Below, piece by piece: positions 27,276 to 36,625 of a stretch of DNA of 61,192 nt. Both the position numbers and the translations under genes were made by a program. Numbering within the stretch: position 1 is the stretch's first letter; each line of letters starts with the position of its first letter. The stretch comes from a virus (taxonomy: Duplodnaviria > Caudoviricetes), in IMG/VR virus record IMGVR_UViG_3300031669_000025, positions 1 to 61,192 of that record; one strand, 5' to 3'. Below the pieces are notes generated by a model. It was not told the DNA's origin and made no database searches. It saw only the letters and a program-made list of their open reading frames with translations.

Positions 27276-27566
27276 ATGAATATTGAAGATAGTGATGAGT
27301 TAACTCTAATTTTTAACTACAGAAAGGATAAAACTATGGTATTAGTAAATGAGGTAGAATTAGCAGCAGCATTGGCACATAATGCTATGTTAAGTAAATT
27401 ACTAAATCAATACAATGAAGATGGTAATGGTATAGATAATAGTGATATCTATACAGATGGAGAGGATGGAACTGAGTATACTGATTTTGCTCAAAGAATA
27501 TTTGATGAAAATTATGATTATTTTTATGACATAATTGTTAAAACAGCAAATAGAGAGGAAGAATAA
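27276..27566 (+). CDS. Hypothetical acidic protein
   Basis: ORF. Confidence 0.65.
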   Translation: MNIEDSDELTLIFNYRKDKTMVLVNEVELAAALAHNAMLSKLLNQYNEDGNGIDNSDIYTDGEDGTEYTDFAQRIFDENYDYFYDIIVKTANREEE

Positions 27567-27569
27567 CTT

Positions 27570-27806
27570 ATGGCTGTATTAATTAGAAGAGATAGATTGG
27601 TAGAATTCTTAATATCAGAAGAAATTGTTATAGATGCCCCAACAGTTGCTGATGGTATTAGAATTCTTAAATCTACAAGTCAGGATAAAGTAAACTCTAC
27701 TTTTCAAGTTAATGAATTAGATGTTAAATTTGTTCAAAACGGAAGTAGTTTTATAAACTCAGATAAATGTAAAATAATTCCAACTCAGATTAAACTAAAT
27801 GTTTGA
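27570..27806 (+). CDS. Hypothetical protein
   Basis: ORF. Confidence 0.6.
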   Translation: MAVLIRRDRLVEFLISEEIVIDAPTVADGIRILKSTSQDKVNSTFQVNELDVKFVQNGSSFINSDKCKIIPTQIKLNV

Positions 27807-27822
27807 GTTATAAAACCTATAT

Positions 27823-28587
27823 ATGAAAGAAGTAGAATTTCTTACTAAAAATTTGAATGCTGGTAAAAAACTTAATTACAAAGTTATAGATTCCAGAAGT
27901 ATAGAAATTCTTTCCAATGGATTACAGATAATAGAAACAATTTCACAAAATAATAAGATTACTGCAATTAAAATTAATGAAGAATTAGAGATTGCTGTTG
28001 GGACAGAGTTTAAAGTGAATATAGATACTATACAAAGTAACTATATTATAGAATTTATTGAGAAGGGAGTAAATAAGTATACATTGTATACACATAGGAG
28101 AAATTTAACTTCCTATTATTTACTCCCTATGTTGGGAATAAAAGAATTATCATTGAATATAGTAAATAATTTTTATAGACATTATGTAATAAATGCCTAT
28201 CTAAATGAAGAATTAAATAAAATGTATGTGTTAACTAGATTTAGCACATATGATAAATATAATGAGTTTGAGAAAACTCTACTAAAGAGTGATAAAATAG
28301 TAAAAGTAACACATCCAAGTCCTGGATTAGATTTATTTGAGTTTAATATTTCAATTAGTTACTTACCAGATATACAAAACTTTTTAAAAGGCAAATATTC
28401 ACAATTTACACCAATGTTAACTAATAAAATACTTGAATCATGTAATGGAAATAAAAAAGCAAGAGTATATCAAGTAATTACAAAAGATGAGAATTTAGTT
28501 AAACTAATGGAAAAGGAATGGGGATGTTCTTTTAACAATATTGATTTAGAGTGTAAACCAATTAAAACTGAAGAAATATGGCAATGA
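27823..28587 (+). CDS. Hypothetical protein
   Basis: 254-aa ORF with FLKGKYSQF motif. Confidence 0.7.
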   Translation: MKEVEFLTKNLNAGKKLNYKVIDSRSIEILSNGLQIIETISQNNKITAIKINEELEIAVGTEFKVNIDTIQSNYIIEFIEKGVNKYTLYTHRRNLTSYYLLPMLGIKELSLNIVNNFYRHYVINAYLNEELNKMYVLTRFSTYDKYNEFEKTLLKSDKIVKVTHPSPGLDLFEFNISISYLPDIQNFLKGKYSQFTPMLTNKILESCNGNKKARVYQVITKDENLVKLMEKEWGCSFNNIDLECKPIKTEEIWQ

Positions 28588-28869
28588 CTGAAGAATGGGA
28601 AAAATGCCCTAACTATGAACTAACAGATGAAGATAAGGAATGGTTAGGTATGCCTGATGATATTGAGATTGATGAATGTGATATAACTGAGTCTAACTAT
28701 TTAGATGATGATTACTAAAGTAATAACAATTATAGGTGGAGTGACAATAGGATTTGCTATTGTCATTCTACTAGGATTAATTCATGTTTGGAAACAGTTT
28801 GAACCACATCTTACATTTATAGAATTTTTAAAAAAATGGTTGTATGAGTAATTTTATAAAAATAAATAT

Positions 28870-30069
28870 ATGAATGAACAAAGAAAATTAGCACATATAG
28901 AAATAATAACAGCACTAAATTCCATAGAAGGAGCTGATAAAATTGAAGTGGCAGAAGTTTTAGGTTGGCAATGTGTAGTTAAAAAAGGTGAATTTAAGGT
29001 AGGTGAAAAGATAATCTATATAGAAGTAGATTCAGTAATGCCTGAAAAACCTGAATATGAATTTCTTAGAGATAGAAAATTTAGGATCCGCACGATTCGT
29101 CTCAAAGGTCAGATAAGCCAGGGGTTAATACTACCATTAAGAACTATACATACTAGTCTTGATACTATGTTAACTTCCCCAGATAAAATTGGAGATGATG
29201 TAACAGAAATATTAGGAATTACTAAATACCTATTTCCATCTGAAAGAGAAGAAATTAATCAACAAGAAAGAAGGTTTGCAAATGATAAAAATAAACTAAG
29301 AAAATTTATGATGAGATATTCTTGGTTTAGAAAGTTATGGAGAAGGTATGTAGAAGGATATAAAGAATTAAGAAGGTGGCCTTACTGGTGTACACATACC
29401 GATGAGGAGCGCATCCAAAATATTCCTCACGTAATTAAACAGTTTGCAGATAAAGAAGTTTACATTACTGAAAAGATAGATTATCAAAGTGGTACATGGA
29501 CAGGTAAAATGATACAAAATCCTACTCCAATTATAGGTAAGTTTCTTCCTAAGAAATATCAATTTGTTGTATGCAGTAGAAATTTAACTACTAATGATAA
29601 AAATAGTTTATATTGGAAGATTGCTAAGAAGTATAACTTAGAACAAATACTTAAAGAGAATCCTACTTTAACTATTCAAGGTGAACAAGGTGCTTCTAAT
29701 GTTCAAGGTAATAAATATGGTATTAAAGAACCTACAATGTGGGTATTTAATATTATAGATCATGAAAAGAATTATCATTACAACTGGACTGAATTACAGA
29801 GTTTTTGTTTAAAATATTCTTTGCAGACTGTTCCAATTTTAGAATACTATGATTCTATAAAAGTTAAAGATGGAAGAAATATGACTTACTATCCTAAACT
29901 ATCAAGATTAGGTTCAACAGTACAAGAATTAGTTGAATTTAGTAAAAGCAAATCTGTATTAGCTGATATTCCAAGAGAAGGTATTGTTGTAAGATGCATT
30001 GAAAATGGTCAGAAATTATTAAGTTTTAAGGTTATAAATCCAGATTTTTTACTGAAATATAATGATTAA
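28870..30069 (+). CDS. RNA ligase, DRB0094 family
   Basis: N-terminal OB module (IEGADKIE...GWQCVVKKGEF...ISQGL), TDEERIQN, TEKID, CSRN, QGE, REGIV, SFKVINPDFLL. Confidence 0.92.
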   Translation: MNEQRKLAHIEIITALNSIEGADKIEVAEVLGWQCVVKKGEFKVGEKIIYIEVDSVMPEKPEYEFLRDRKFRIRTIRLKGQISQGLILPLRTIHTSLDTMLTSPDKIGDDVTEILGITKYLFPSEREEINQQERRFANDKNKLRKFMMRYSWFRKLWRRYVEGYKELRRWPYWCTHTDEERIQNIPHVIKQFADKEVYITEKIDYQSGTWTGKMIQNPTPIIGKFLPKKYQFVVCSRNLTTNDKNSLYWKIAKKYNLEQILKENPTLTIQGEQGASNVQGNKYGIKEPTMWVFNIIDHEKNYHYNWTELQSFCLKYSLQTVPILEYYDSIKVKDGRNMTYYPKLSRLGSTVQELVEFSKSKSVLADIPREGIVVRCIENGQKLLSFKVINPDFLLKYND

Positions 30070-30088
30070 TAATTTAAAACCTATTTAG

Positions 30089-30331
30089 ATGAAAACAGCT
30101 GAAGATATATATCAGAATAATTATAATCTTGATAAAGATGAAGATGGTAATGAAGTATTTTATAAATGGCAAGTATTAGACGCTATAAAACAAGCGCAAG
30201 AAGATGCAATAAAGGAAACTATTAAAGAATGTTTAACTTTATCAAAACTTAAATTTTATGCTGGAGAATCTGGATATTTAGATAAAGAAACTGGAAAAAT
30301 TTTAGCAGATAAATTAATTAAAGAGTTATGA
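30089..30331 (+). CDS. Hypothetical protein
   Basis: ORF. Confidence 0.65.
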   Translation: MKTAEDIYQNNYNLDKDEDGNEVFYKWQVLDAIKQAQEDAIKETIKECLTLSKLKFYAGESGYLDKETGKILADKLIKEL

Positions 30332-30426
30332 GTAAACTATATGTAATTACATACAAATTACTAGTATTTAATGAAATTATATCTAAATAAATATAATTAT
30401 GGAAATTAAAAATTGATTAAAGAGTT

Positions 30427-30798
30427 ATGAAAACTATCAAAACACAATCTTCTAATTTAATTGTAGTAGAAATAACTAAAGATCAAGATATAATGTTTGA
30501 TAATGTTGATGGAAGAATATTATCATATTTAAGACATGAAAATAAAAATGTAGAATATATTGGAAGATTATCAGAACTTACTGATAAAGATTGTGAAGAG
30601 TTTATAGATAAAATGTATATAAATTATGGTACAACAAACCCAATACATTTTGAATATAATAACTATAATAAACCAAAGAAGAATACATTACATCTAGCTT
30701 GCAATACAGCAAAAGAATCCTTTATATCTCTACTACAATCAAATGGAGTAGAAACTAATGGTAAAGAATATTTAATTATAAAAGAAAAAGATGAGTAA
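30427..30798 (+). CDS. Hypothetical protein
   Basis: ORF. Confidence 0.65.
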   Translation: MKTIKTQSSNLIVVEITKDQDIMFDNVDGRILSYLRHENKNVEYIGRLSELTDKDCEEFIDKMYINYGTTNPIHFEYNNYNKPKKNTLHLACNTAKESFISLLQSNGVETNGKEYLIIKEKDE

Positions 30799-31039
30799 AA
30801 ATAGAAAATTAACTACACAATGGTTCACTAATTGGAGAACAATGTTTCCACCAGAAGGATTTAGTGCTCATTATTTTAATTTATTTCCTTCATTAGAATT
30901 TTGTTATGATAGTGTGGGGTATCCAGATTGGATAGATGATACAAATCCTTATAAATCATTCGATATAGAGTTTAAATTTTTAATGATAAAAATACAAGTT
31001 GTATTTTATTGGAGAAAAATAGTATGCGTAAAAAATTAG
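30791..31039 (+). CDS. Hypothetical protein
   Basis: ORF. Confidence 0.55.
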   Translation: MSKNRKLTTQWFTNWRTMFPPEGFSAHYFNLFPSLEFCYDSVGYPDWIDDTNPYKSFDIEFKFLMIKIQVVFYWRKIVCVKN

Positions 31040-31275
31040 GTCAAGAACCTGCATTTCCAATATCAGCAGAAAAATATGAACCAAATTTTGGAGTGTCAAA
31101 AAGATTTTATGCTGCTTGTTTTGCTATGCAAGGAATAATATCAAATCCAAATACAGCATATCAGTTATTACAAAGATTAGGTGCTGATGGTGATAAAAAA
31201 GAAGCTGATAAACTAGTAATTGAACAGTCATATATCCTTGCAGATGAACTTTTAAAACAAGAAAATGAAGATTAA
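31024..31275 (+). CDS. Conserved small phage protein
   Basis: PAFP...G.SKRFYAA..AMQG...SY.LADELL is a widespread phage motif. Confidence 0.75.
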   Translation: MRKKLGQEPAFPISAEKYEPNFGVSKRFYAACFAMQGIISNPNTAYQLLQRLGADGDKKEADKLVIEQSYILADELLKQENED

Positions 31276-31501
31276 ACTTATAAAAATTTCAGAATTACCT
31301 AATGCTTTGCATCCTAACAATATAGTTGTAGGACATGAAGTTGTTAGAAGTGTTGATTCTGAACTATTTAAACCACCTGAACTTGGAGAAAGATTCTGGT
31401 TAGGATGGTTTAGCACAAGTGAAGTTAGAGAAATAGTAGATGAAAATACTTTCAAAACTTGGAGTAGTATTTACAAATGGGAAAAATTAGAAGATGAGTA
31501 A
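31265..31501 (+). CDS. Hypothetical protein
   Basis: ORF with TS.V.EI...FKT..SIY pattern. Confidence 0.65.
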   Translation: MKIKLIKISELPNALHPNNIVVGHEVVRSVDSELFKPPELGERFWLGWFSTSEVREIVDENTFKTWSSIYKWEKLEDE

Positions 31502-31623
31502 TATTATAGAATTAATATTAAATGTATTCATAGATGTTATAGTTGGAGTAATTGTTGGTATTATATTAGCTATGATTATAATATGGATTCATGATAAATT
31601 ATTTAAGAAACATTGGAAATAAT

Positions 31624-31974
31624 ATGAATAACAAAATAATTTATTTATGTATACCTTATAGTTGGAACCCAGAAAAATCATTTGAGATAGCAAATAAAGT
31701 TACTGCTAAATTAATGCAAGAAGGTAATATTGTATTTAGTCCTGTAAGTCATTCACATCCAATATCTTTGGAAATGCAGGACTATTTACAAACTAATCAT
31801 GATTTTTGGATGAGTCAAGATTTACCTATGCTTGAAAGATGTGATGAATTATTAGTAGTAATAATAGGTGAAGAAGGGCCAAATTTAATTAGTAATAGTA
31901 AAGGATGCCAAGCAGAAATTAATACTGCTAATACTTTTGGTATGCCTATTAATTATATTGAATATTATGAGTGA
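31624..31974 (+). CDS. DUF1937 / nucleoside 2-deoxyribosyltransferase-like protein
   Basis: IYLCIPYS, VFSPVSHSH, W...D..ML..CD, SKG...E. Confidence 0.8.
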   Translation: MNNKIIYLCIPYSWNPEKSFEIANKVTAKLMQEGNIVFSPVSHSHPISLEMQDYLQTNHDFWMSQDLPMLERCDELLVVIIGEEGPNLISNSKGCQAEINTANTFGMPINYIEYYE

Positions 31975-32299
31975 ATTAGCAGATAGGAAAAATGATGGAA
32001 AATTAAGATGGAGAAATTTTCCTCTTTTTTTAATGAGACCTTTAGCACAAGTAGCACAATATGGTGAAGGAAAGTATGATATGTACAATTTCTTAAAAGG
32101 TGGTTCACAAAATCAATATTTAGATTCTTTAAAAAGACATTTAGATTCTTATGAAGACCCTAAACAAAGTGATCTTGATTCTGAGAGTCAACTTAACCAT
32201 TTATATCATGTTGCTTGGAATGCATTAGTTGGAGCATATATGTTGGAAAATTTTCCAGAGTTAGATGATAGATTTAAATTAGAGAAAAAAGATGAATAA
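31967..32299 (+). CDS. DUF5664 dATP/dGTP diphosphohydrolase-like protein
   Basis: KNDGKLRW, YGEGKYD..N...G, SLKRH, DSESQLNHLYHVAWNA, DDR. Confidence 0.85.
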   Translation: MSELADRKNDGKLRWRNFPLFLMRPLAQVAQYGEGKYDMYNFLKGGSQNQYLDSLKRHLDSYEDPKQSDLDSESQLNHLYHVAWNALVGAYMLENFPELDDRFKLEKKDE

Positions 32300-32585
32300 A
32301 TTATTAGAAGAAACTAAAATATGTCAAATATGTTATTCTTCTAACTTGGAGTATATTGATAACTATGAACATGAGGATATAATGCTTAATAGTTATGATC
32401 CTGATGAACCAGCAATAATGAGAATTGATAATGTAGTAAAATGTAAAGATTGTGATACATTACATTTTATTGAAAATGATAATGTATCTATTCAATTTAC
32501 TCCAAGTTTAATTCAAGAAAGAAAATTAAATTGGGTTAGTGATTATCAAGCAAGTATAAATAAGAAACTAAAAACTATAGTATAA
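32292..32585 (+). CDS. Zn-ribbon hypothetical protein
   Basis: CQIC...CKDC. Confidence 0.65.
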   Translation: MNKLLEETKICQICYSSNLEYIDNYEHEDIMLNSYDPDEPAIMRIDNVVKCKDCDTLHFIENDNVSIQFTPSLIQERKLNWVSDYQASINKKLKTIV

Positions 32586-32758
32586 CTATGAATGAACTAG
32601 AGAAAGAACATGATGAACTTACTACATTTCTTATTTCTTGGGCTAAGAAATATGATTATTTTCTAGATGTTGATGTTCAAGATGAAGAACAGGAGATTAC
32701 ATCAATAAAGATAAATTTAAAAGAAAAGATTGTTTATTTTGATTAATAATTATTAGTT

Positions 32759-32950
32759 ATGACAGAAGAAAATTTTAAAAGAGGTGTAAGTAAAACCAAT
32801 AAAACTATTGCTAATGAAGATAGGGATAGATTTGTATATCTAAATTCAAAATTAATAGATGCAATAATTTATCTTAAAGAAAGAGATGCAAAAGGTTTAG
32901 ATATAGATGATTGGGAATGTTGGTTAAGTAAACTAATATTTACACTATAA
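32759..32950 (+). CDS. Hypothetical protein
   Basis: Last + strand ORF before the convergence point. Confidence 0.55.
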   Translation: MTEENFKRGVSKTNKTIANEDRDRFVYLNSKLIDAIIYLKERDAKGLDIDDWECWLSKLIFTL

Positions 32951-32955
32951 ATAAA

Positions 32956-32976
32956 GGGGAGTAATATATACTCCCC
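32956..32976. terminator. Hairpin at the convergence of the two transcription blocks
   Basis: GGGGAGTA-atata-TACTCCCC with an A-rich left flank (T-tract for - strand transcripts). Confidence 0.75.
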
Positions 32977-33007
32977 AATATTTCCCTTGCTTCAAAAAAA
33001 ATTTACA

Positions 33008-36000
33008 TCACAATGCAGTTTTGTTAAAAATTGATGTAGTCATACTTTTTAATCTATCTATATTAGATGCACCTGGAAGTGCCTGTTTTGTTGATGCCCA
33101 TGTTTTAGATTGTCCTTTTCTATAACCATTTTTATATATATCATCACCACCAGTAACTAAAGTAAAACTTCTAGTCATAATATCAGAAGCATTACCTAAT
33201 ACACCCATAATAGGTAGTGGATCACGTAATATAGACTTAAACTGCCTTGGGTCAATATAAAACATAATATCACGTTCCATTCTACCAAGTTGATTTATAT
33301 AAAACATTGCTAAATATTTAGCATCAGAATCTTTATCATCTGCTGTAAGTCCTTTAAGTAAAAGTGCTAATGAAGTAATTGCTACCATAAACATAATCTC
33401 AGTTAAATTCTTTCTCATATTAGCTGCATCAACTTCATTTAATTTTTCATCAAAATTAGTGCTAATTGCTCCAAAACTCATCTTCTTAATAAGATTAGTA
33501 GTGAGAGAAAATATACCACCAAAGGCACCATATTCTTTAAAGAAATCACCATAACTATTCCATCTACCTTTATCACTTAAATTATCAATAGGGTTAAGCA
33601 TACCACTTTCACTTTTTAACCTATGATAATATGAGTTAATCATCCATTTTCTAAATACTAAAAGACTCCTACCCATAATATTTTTATTAGCTAATATAGG
33701 TGCATCTTTATCATAGTTACCATGAATAGCCTTAATAATATTATCAATTCTATTTTTAACACCAAATTCTCCTTGCTGATCTTGTAAGAATTCTATATTA
33801 CTTGGTAAATTAGCTTCATTATCATATGCTTCCCACAATGACATTTCTTTACCATCTACTTTTACTTTAGTATTAAGTAACATAGCAACCATAATAGGTG
33901 ACTGGTTTAAATACTCTGCTTTATTAGTTAAATAAAATGGAGCTAATCTTCTCATTGCACCTTTAGCAATACCGACAGTATTATATGCTTCATTTTGAAC
34001 TTCTTTTAGAGTATCTAATTTTTCCATAAGTCTAGCAACTTTACCACTTTTATCTCCTAAAACTAACCCATAAGCTCTTAAAAGTTGACCAGTATCAAAT
34101 CTTAATCCTCCAGCAGCTTCAGTCATATTAGTAAAGAAACCAACATTAAAGTTCATAATAGGAGCAAAGAAATTCCATCCTAAACCTTTCATTCTTATAT
34201 AGGAATTAATCATATCACCTATACCAGATAGAGTTTTCTTACCACCTAATTTATTAAGTTGTTCATCAAGAACTTTTTCATTCTCTATGAAAGTAAGTTT
34301 ATCAATATTACCTTTAGTTAAGTTGTCTAAATTTTCTTGCTTAGTTTTTTCTAACTGTTCTTTCTTAATTTTTTCTTCTGAATTATATATTTTCTCTCCA
34401 AAAGCAAATTCTTGTAAAACCTTAGGTTCACCATAAAAATTAGCCATAAAATAATCTAGGGATGCTTTTAAATTAGCTAAACCTTTTTTTGCTACTTTTT
34501 TATCCTGATTCTTTATTTCATCACCAGCATTGGTAAGTTGTTGCTCTAACTTATCATTAAGAATAGTATTAGCAATACTCATAGCATCCTCAATCTTAGA
34601 CTTATGTGCATAACTAACTGCTGCTAAAGAATATATTTTAATTACTTTTTCTAAATCAAAACTTTTTTCTTCTGCTAATCTATCTTGAATTTCTTTTTTC
34701 CATTCTAACTTTAATTCAAGCATTTCTTCAGGACTAGTATTACCTTTACCTACTTTTAAATTATGTTCAATAGTTTTTTGAGCTATGTAGTCATTAATCT
34801 GGTTAACATTACCTACCATTCCATTAAACTGAACTCCTCTAATTTTATTACCTTCAATATCTCTTTGACTACTGTGTTCAATAATACCACCCATACCTGT
34901 TCTAAGTGCTTCATTCCAATTTTTATTAATAGATTGAAGTCCTTTAAATACTCCACCTTGCATAAAGGATTGAACTACAGACTTTCTTATAAAAGGTAAA
35001 GTATTAGATTGTAACTCACCCTTAACATCTTCAGGTAAATACTGATTTACATTATGCATTGTATCAGTAAGATAATTATATAGTGCAAGTAAATCATTAT
35101 CATTTTCTATCTTAGAAAAGTTATCATCATAAAATCCTGTATCTTTTCCATCAATAGTTCTTCTAGGAACAGTTTCTGTGTATGTATTCCTTGTATTAAT
35201 GTATTCATTACCTACCTTTGATGTAGTATTATCATAAAAACTATCTGCTGCCTTATACGGGCTATTTTGGGCCTCCCAACGTTGCATTTCCATAAGTTTA
35301 GCAGCTTCGTCTCCACTATATTCATCATTAAGGTAACTTTCTTCTGCTTCTTTTAATTCATTATACTCTTCAATACTTTTCTTTAATCTTTCATTATAAA
35401 AATCAAAACCTTTTTGGCCTAAAGTATTAATTAATTCTTGCTTATGTGCTGCTATTTCATCTTCACTAAATCTATCATCAATAGGAAATAATTTTCTAGC
35501 ATCCAGCATTATACTATGCTTCTTGATATCTTCATTATTTCTAATGATAGCATTTTTTTTAGCCTCACCAGTGGTTCTCTCAATAGTTAAATTATGTTTA
35601 TCCCTTCTTAACTTATTCCAATCAAAATAATGTTGAGTAAATCTAGATACAGTATTACCTGTTTTCCTAGAATCTGTATTACTTTGTCTTTGTGCAAATA
35701 ATTCTTTAATCTGAGAGTTACTAAATCTTTTTTTAACATGTTCCATAACTTTATCTATACCATGAAATATCACATTTATTTCTTGATTAGTATTATGAGT
35801 TGCTTCTTTATTCCAAGTATACATGGCTTTAGTAATAATATTATCTATCTCTCCAATATCAAGTAGTAAGGAAGCAGATTTACTAATATCATTAATAATC
35901 CTATTCATATCATACTCAGCATCTTCACCAAAAGTATTCTTAATTCTTTGACCTAGTATCTTTTCAGCAATATTATTCCATTTTGTTTCTAAACTCTCAG

Positions 36001-36610
36001 CAGCAACTTGTATATTCTTTAAACTAGTAGCAATATTTTGAGCAGTAAGATTATCTTCTTCACCAAATGATTCTAATTCATTGACACTAAATAAAGGATT
36101 ATCTCTATCTAATGAAGAAACTCTTTGCCATAACTTTAATACTCTAAGACTTCTCTTTAAATCCGTTTCAGTAATCTTAGGATTATTTAATATCTGCCTA
36201 ATATCATTTAAATCAGATTGAGCATAAGTATATATCTTTTCAACATTATCAATCTTTTCTAAATCTTCTATTTTTTTATTAATATCCTCAATCTTATGTT
36301 CAGTAGTTGCTATCTTTTTACCAGCAATTACTCTGTCCGCACCCTTGGCTTCTTTATATTCCCTTCTATAGTTACTTAGTTGTTTATGTAAAAAACTCTT
36401 TCTATCAAGCTGACTATCTATAATAGGTTGAAACTTATTAACTTTCTTTTCTTTTTGTAATATACCATCTTTCTTTAATTGTTCTGGAGTAGGAATGACA
36501 TTATCATAAGCTTTCCTTATACGGTATGCTTCCTCTTCATTACCATCTACAGCTTTAAGTAATCTTTTCCATTCTTTAGACCCTTTTTCTGGGCAACTTA
36601 ATCCACTCAT
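33008..36610 (-). CDS. Large virion ejection/cargo protein (1200 aa)
   Basis: Helical giant ORF downstream of the vRNAP, with a C-terminal hydrophobic segment; crAss-like synteny. Confidence 0.75.
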   Translation of the reverse strand: MSGLSCPEKGSKEWKRLLKAVDGNEEEAYRIRKAYDNVIPTPEQLKKDGILQKEKKVNKFQPIIDSQLDRKSFLHKQLSNYRREYKEAKGADRVIAGKKIATTEHKIEDINKKIEDLEKIDNVEKIYTYAQSDLNDIRQILNNPKITETDLKRSLRVLKLWQRVSSLDRDNPLFSVNELESFGEEDNLTAQNIATSLKNIQVAAESLETKWNNIAEKILGQRIKNTFGEDAEYDMNRIINDISKSASLLLDIGEIDNIITKAMYTWNKEATHNTNQEINVIFHGIDKVMEHVKKRFSNSQIKELFAQRQSNTDSRKTGNTVSRFTQHYFDWNKLRRDKHNLTIERTTGEAKKNAIIRNNEDIKKHSIMLDARKLFPIDDRFSEDEIAAHKQELINTLGQKGFDFYNERLKKSIEEYNELKEAEESYLNDEYSGDEAAKLMEMQRWEAQNSPYKAADSFYDNTTSKVGNEYINTRNTYTETVPRRTIDGKDTGFYDDNFSKIENDNDLLALYNYLTDTMHNVNQYLPEDVKGELQSNTLPFIRKSVVQSFMQGGVFKGLQSINKNWNEALRTGMGGIIEHSSQRDIEGNKIRGVQFNGMVGNVNQINDYIAQKTIEHNLKVGKGNTSPEEMLELKLEWKKEIQDRLAEEKSFDLEKVIKIYSLAAVSYAHKSKIEDAMSIANTILNDKLEQQLTNAGDEIKNQDKKVAKKGLANLKASLDYFMANFYGEPKVLQEFAFGEKIYNSEEKIKKEQLEKTKQENLDNLTKGNIDKLTFIENEKVLDEQLNKLGGKKTLSGIGDMINSYIRMKGLGWNFFAPIMNFNVGFFTNMTEAAGGLRFDTGQLLRAYGLVLGDKSGKVARLMEKLDTLKEVQNEAYNTVGIAKGAMRRLAPFYLTNKAEYLNQSPIMVAMLLNTKVKVDGKEMSLWEAYDNEANLPSNIEFLQDQQGEFGVKNRIDNIIKAIHGNYDKDAPILANKNIMGRSLLVFRKWMINSYYHRLKSESGMLNPIDNLSDKGRWNSYGDFFKEYGAFGGIFSLTTNLIKKMSFGAISTNFDEKLNEVDAANMRKNLTEIMFMVAITSLALLLKGLTADDKDSDAKYLAMFYINQLGRMERDIMFYIDPRQFKSILRDPLPIMGVLGNASDIMTRSFTLVTGGDDIYKNGYRKGQSKTWASTKQALPGASNIDRLKSMTTSIFNKTAL

Positions 36611-36625
36611 AGTTTAATATTTAAA

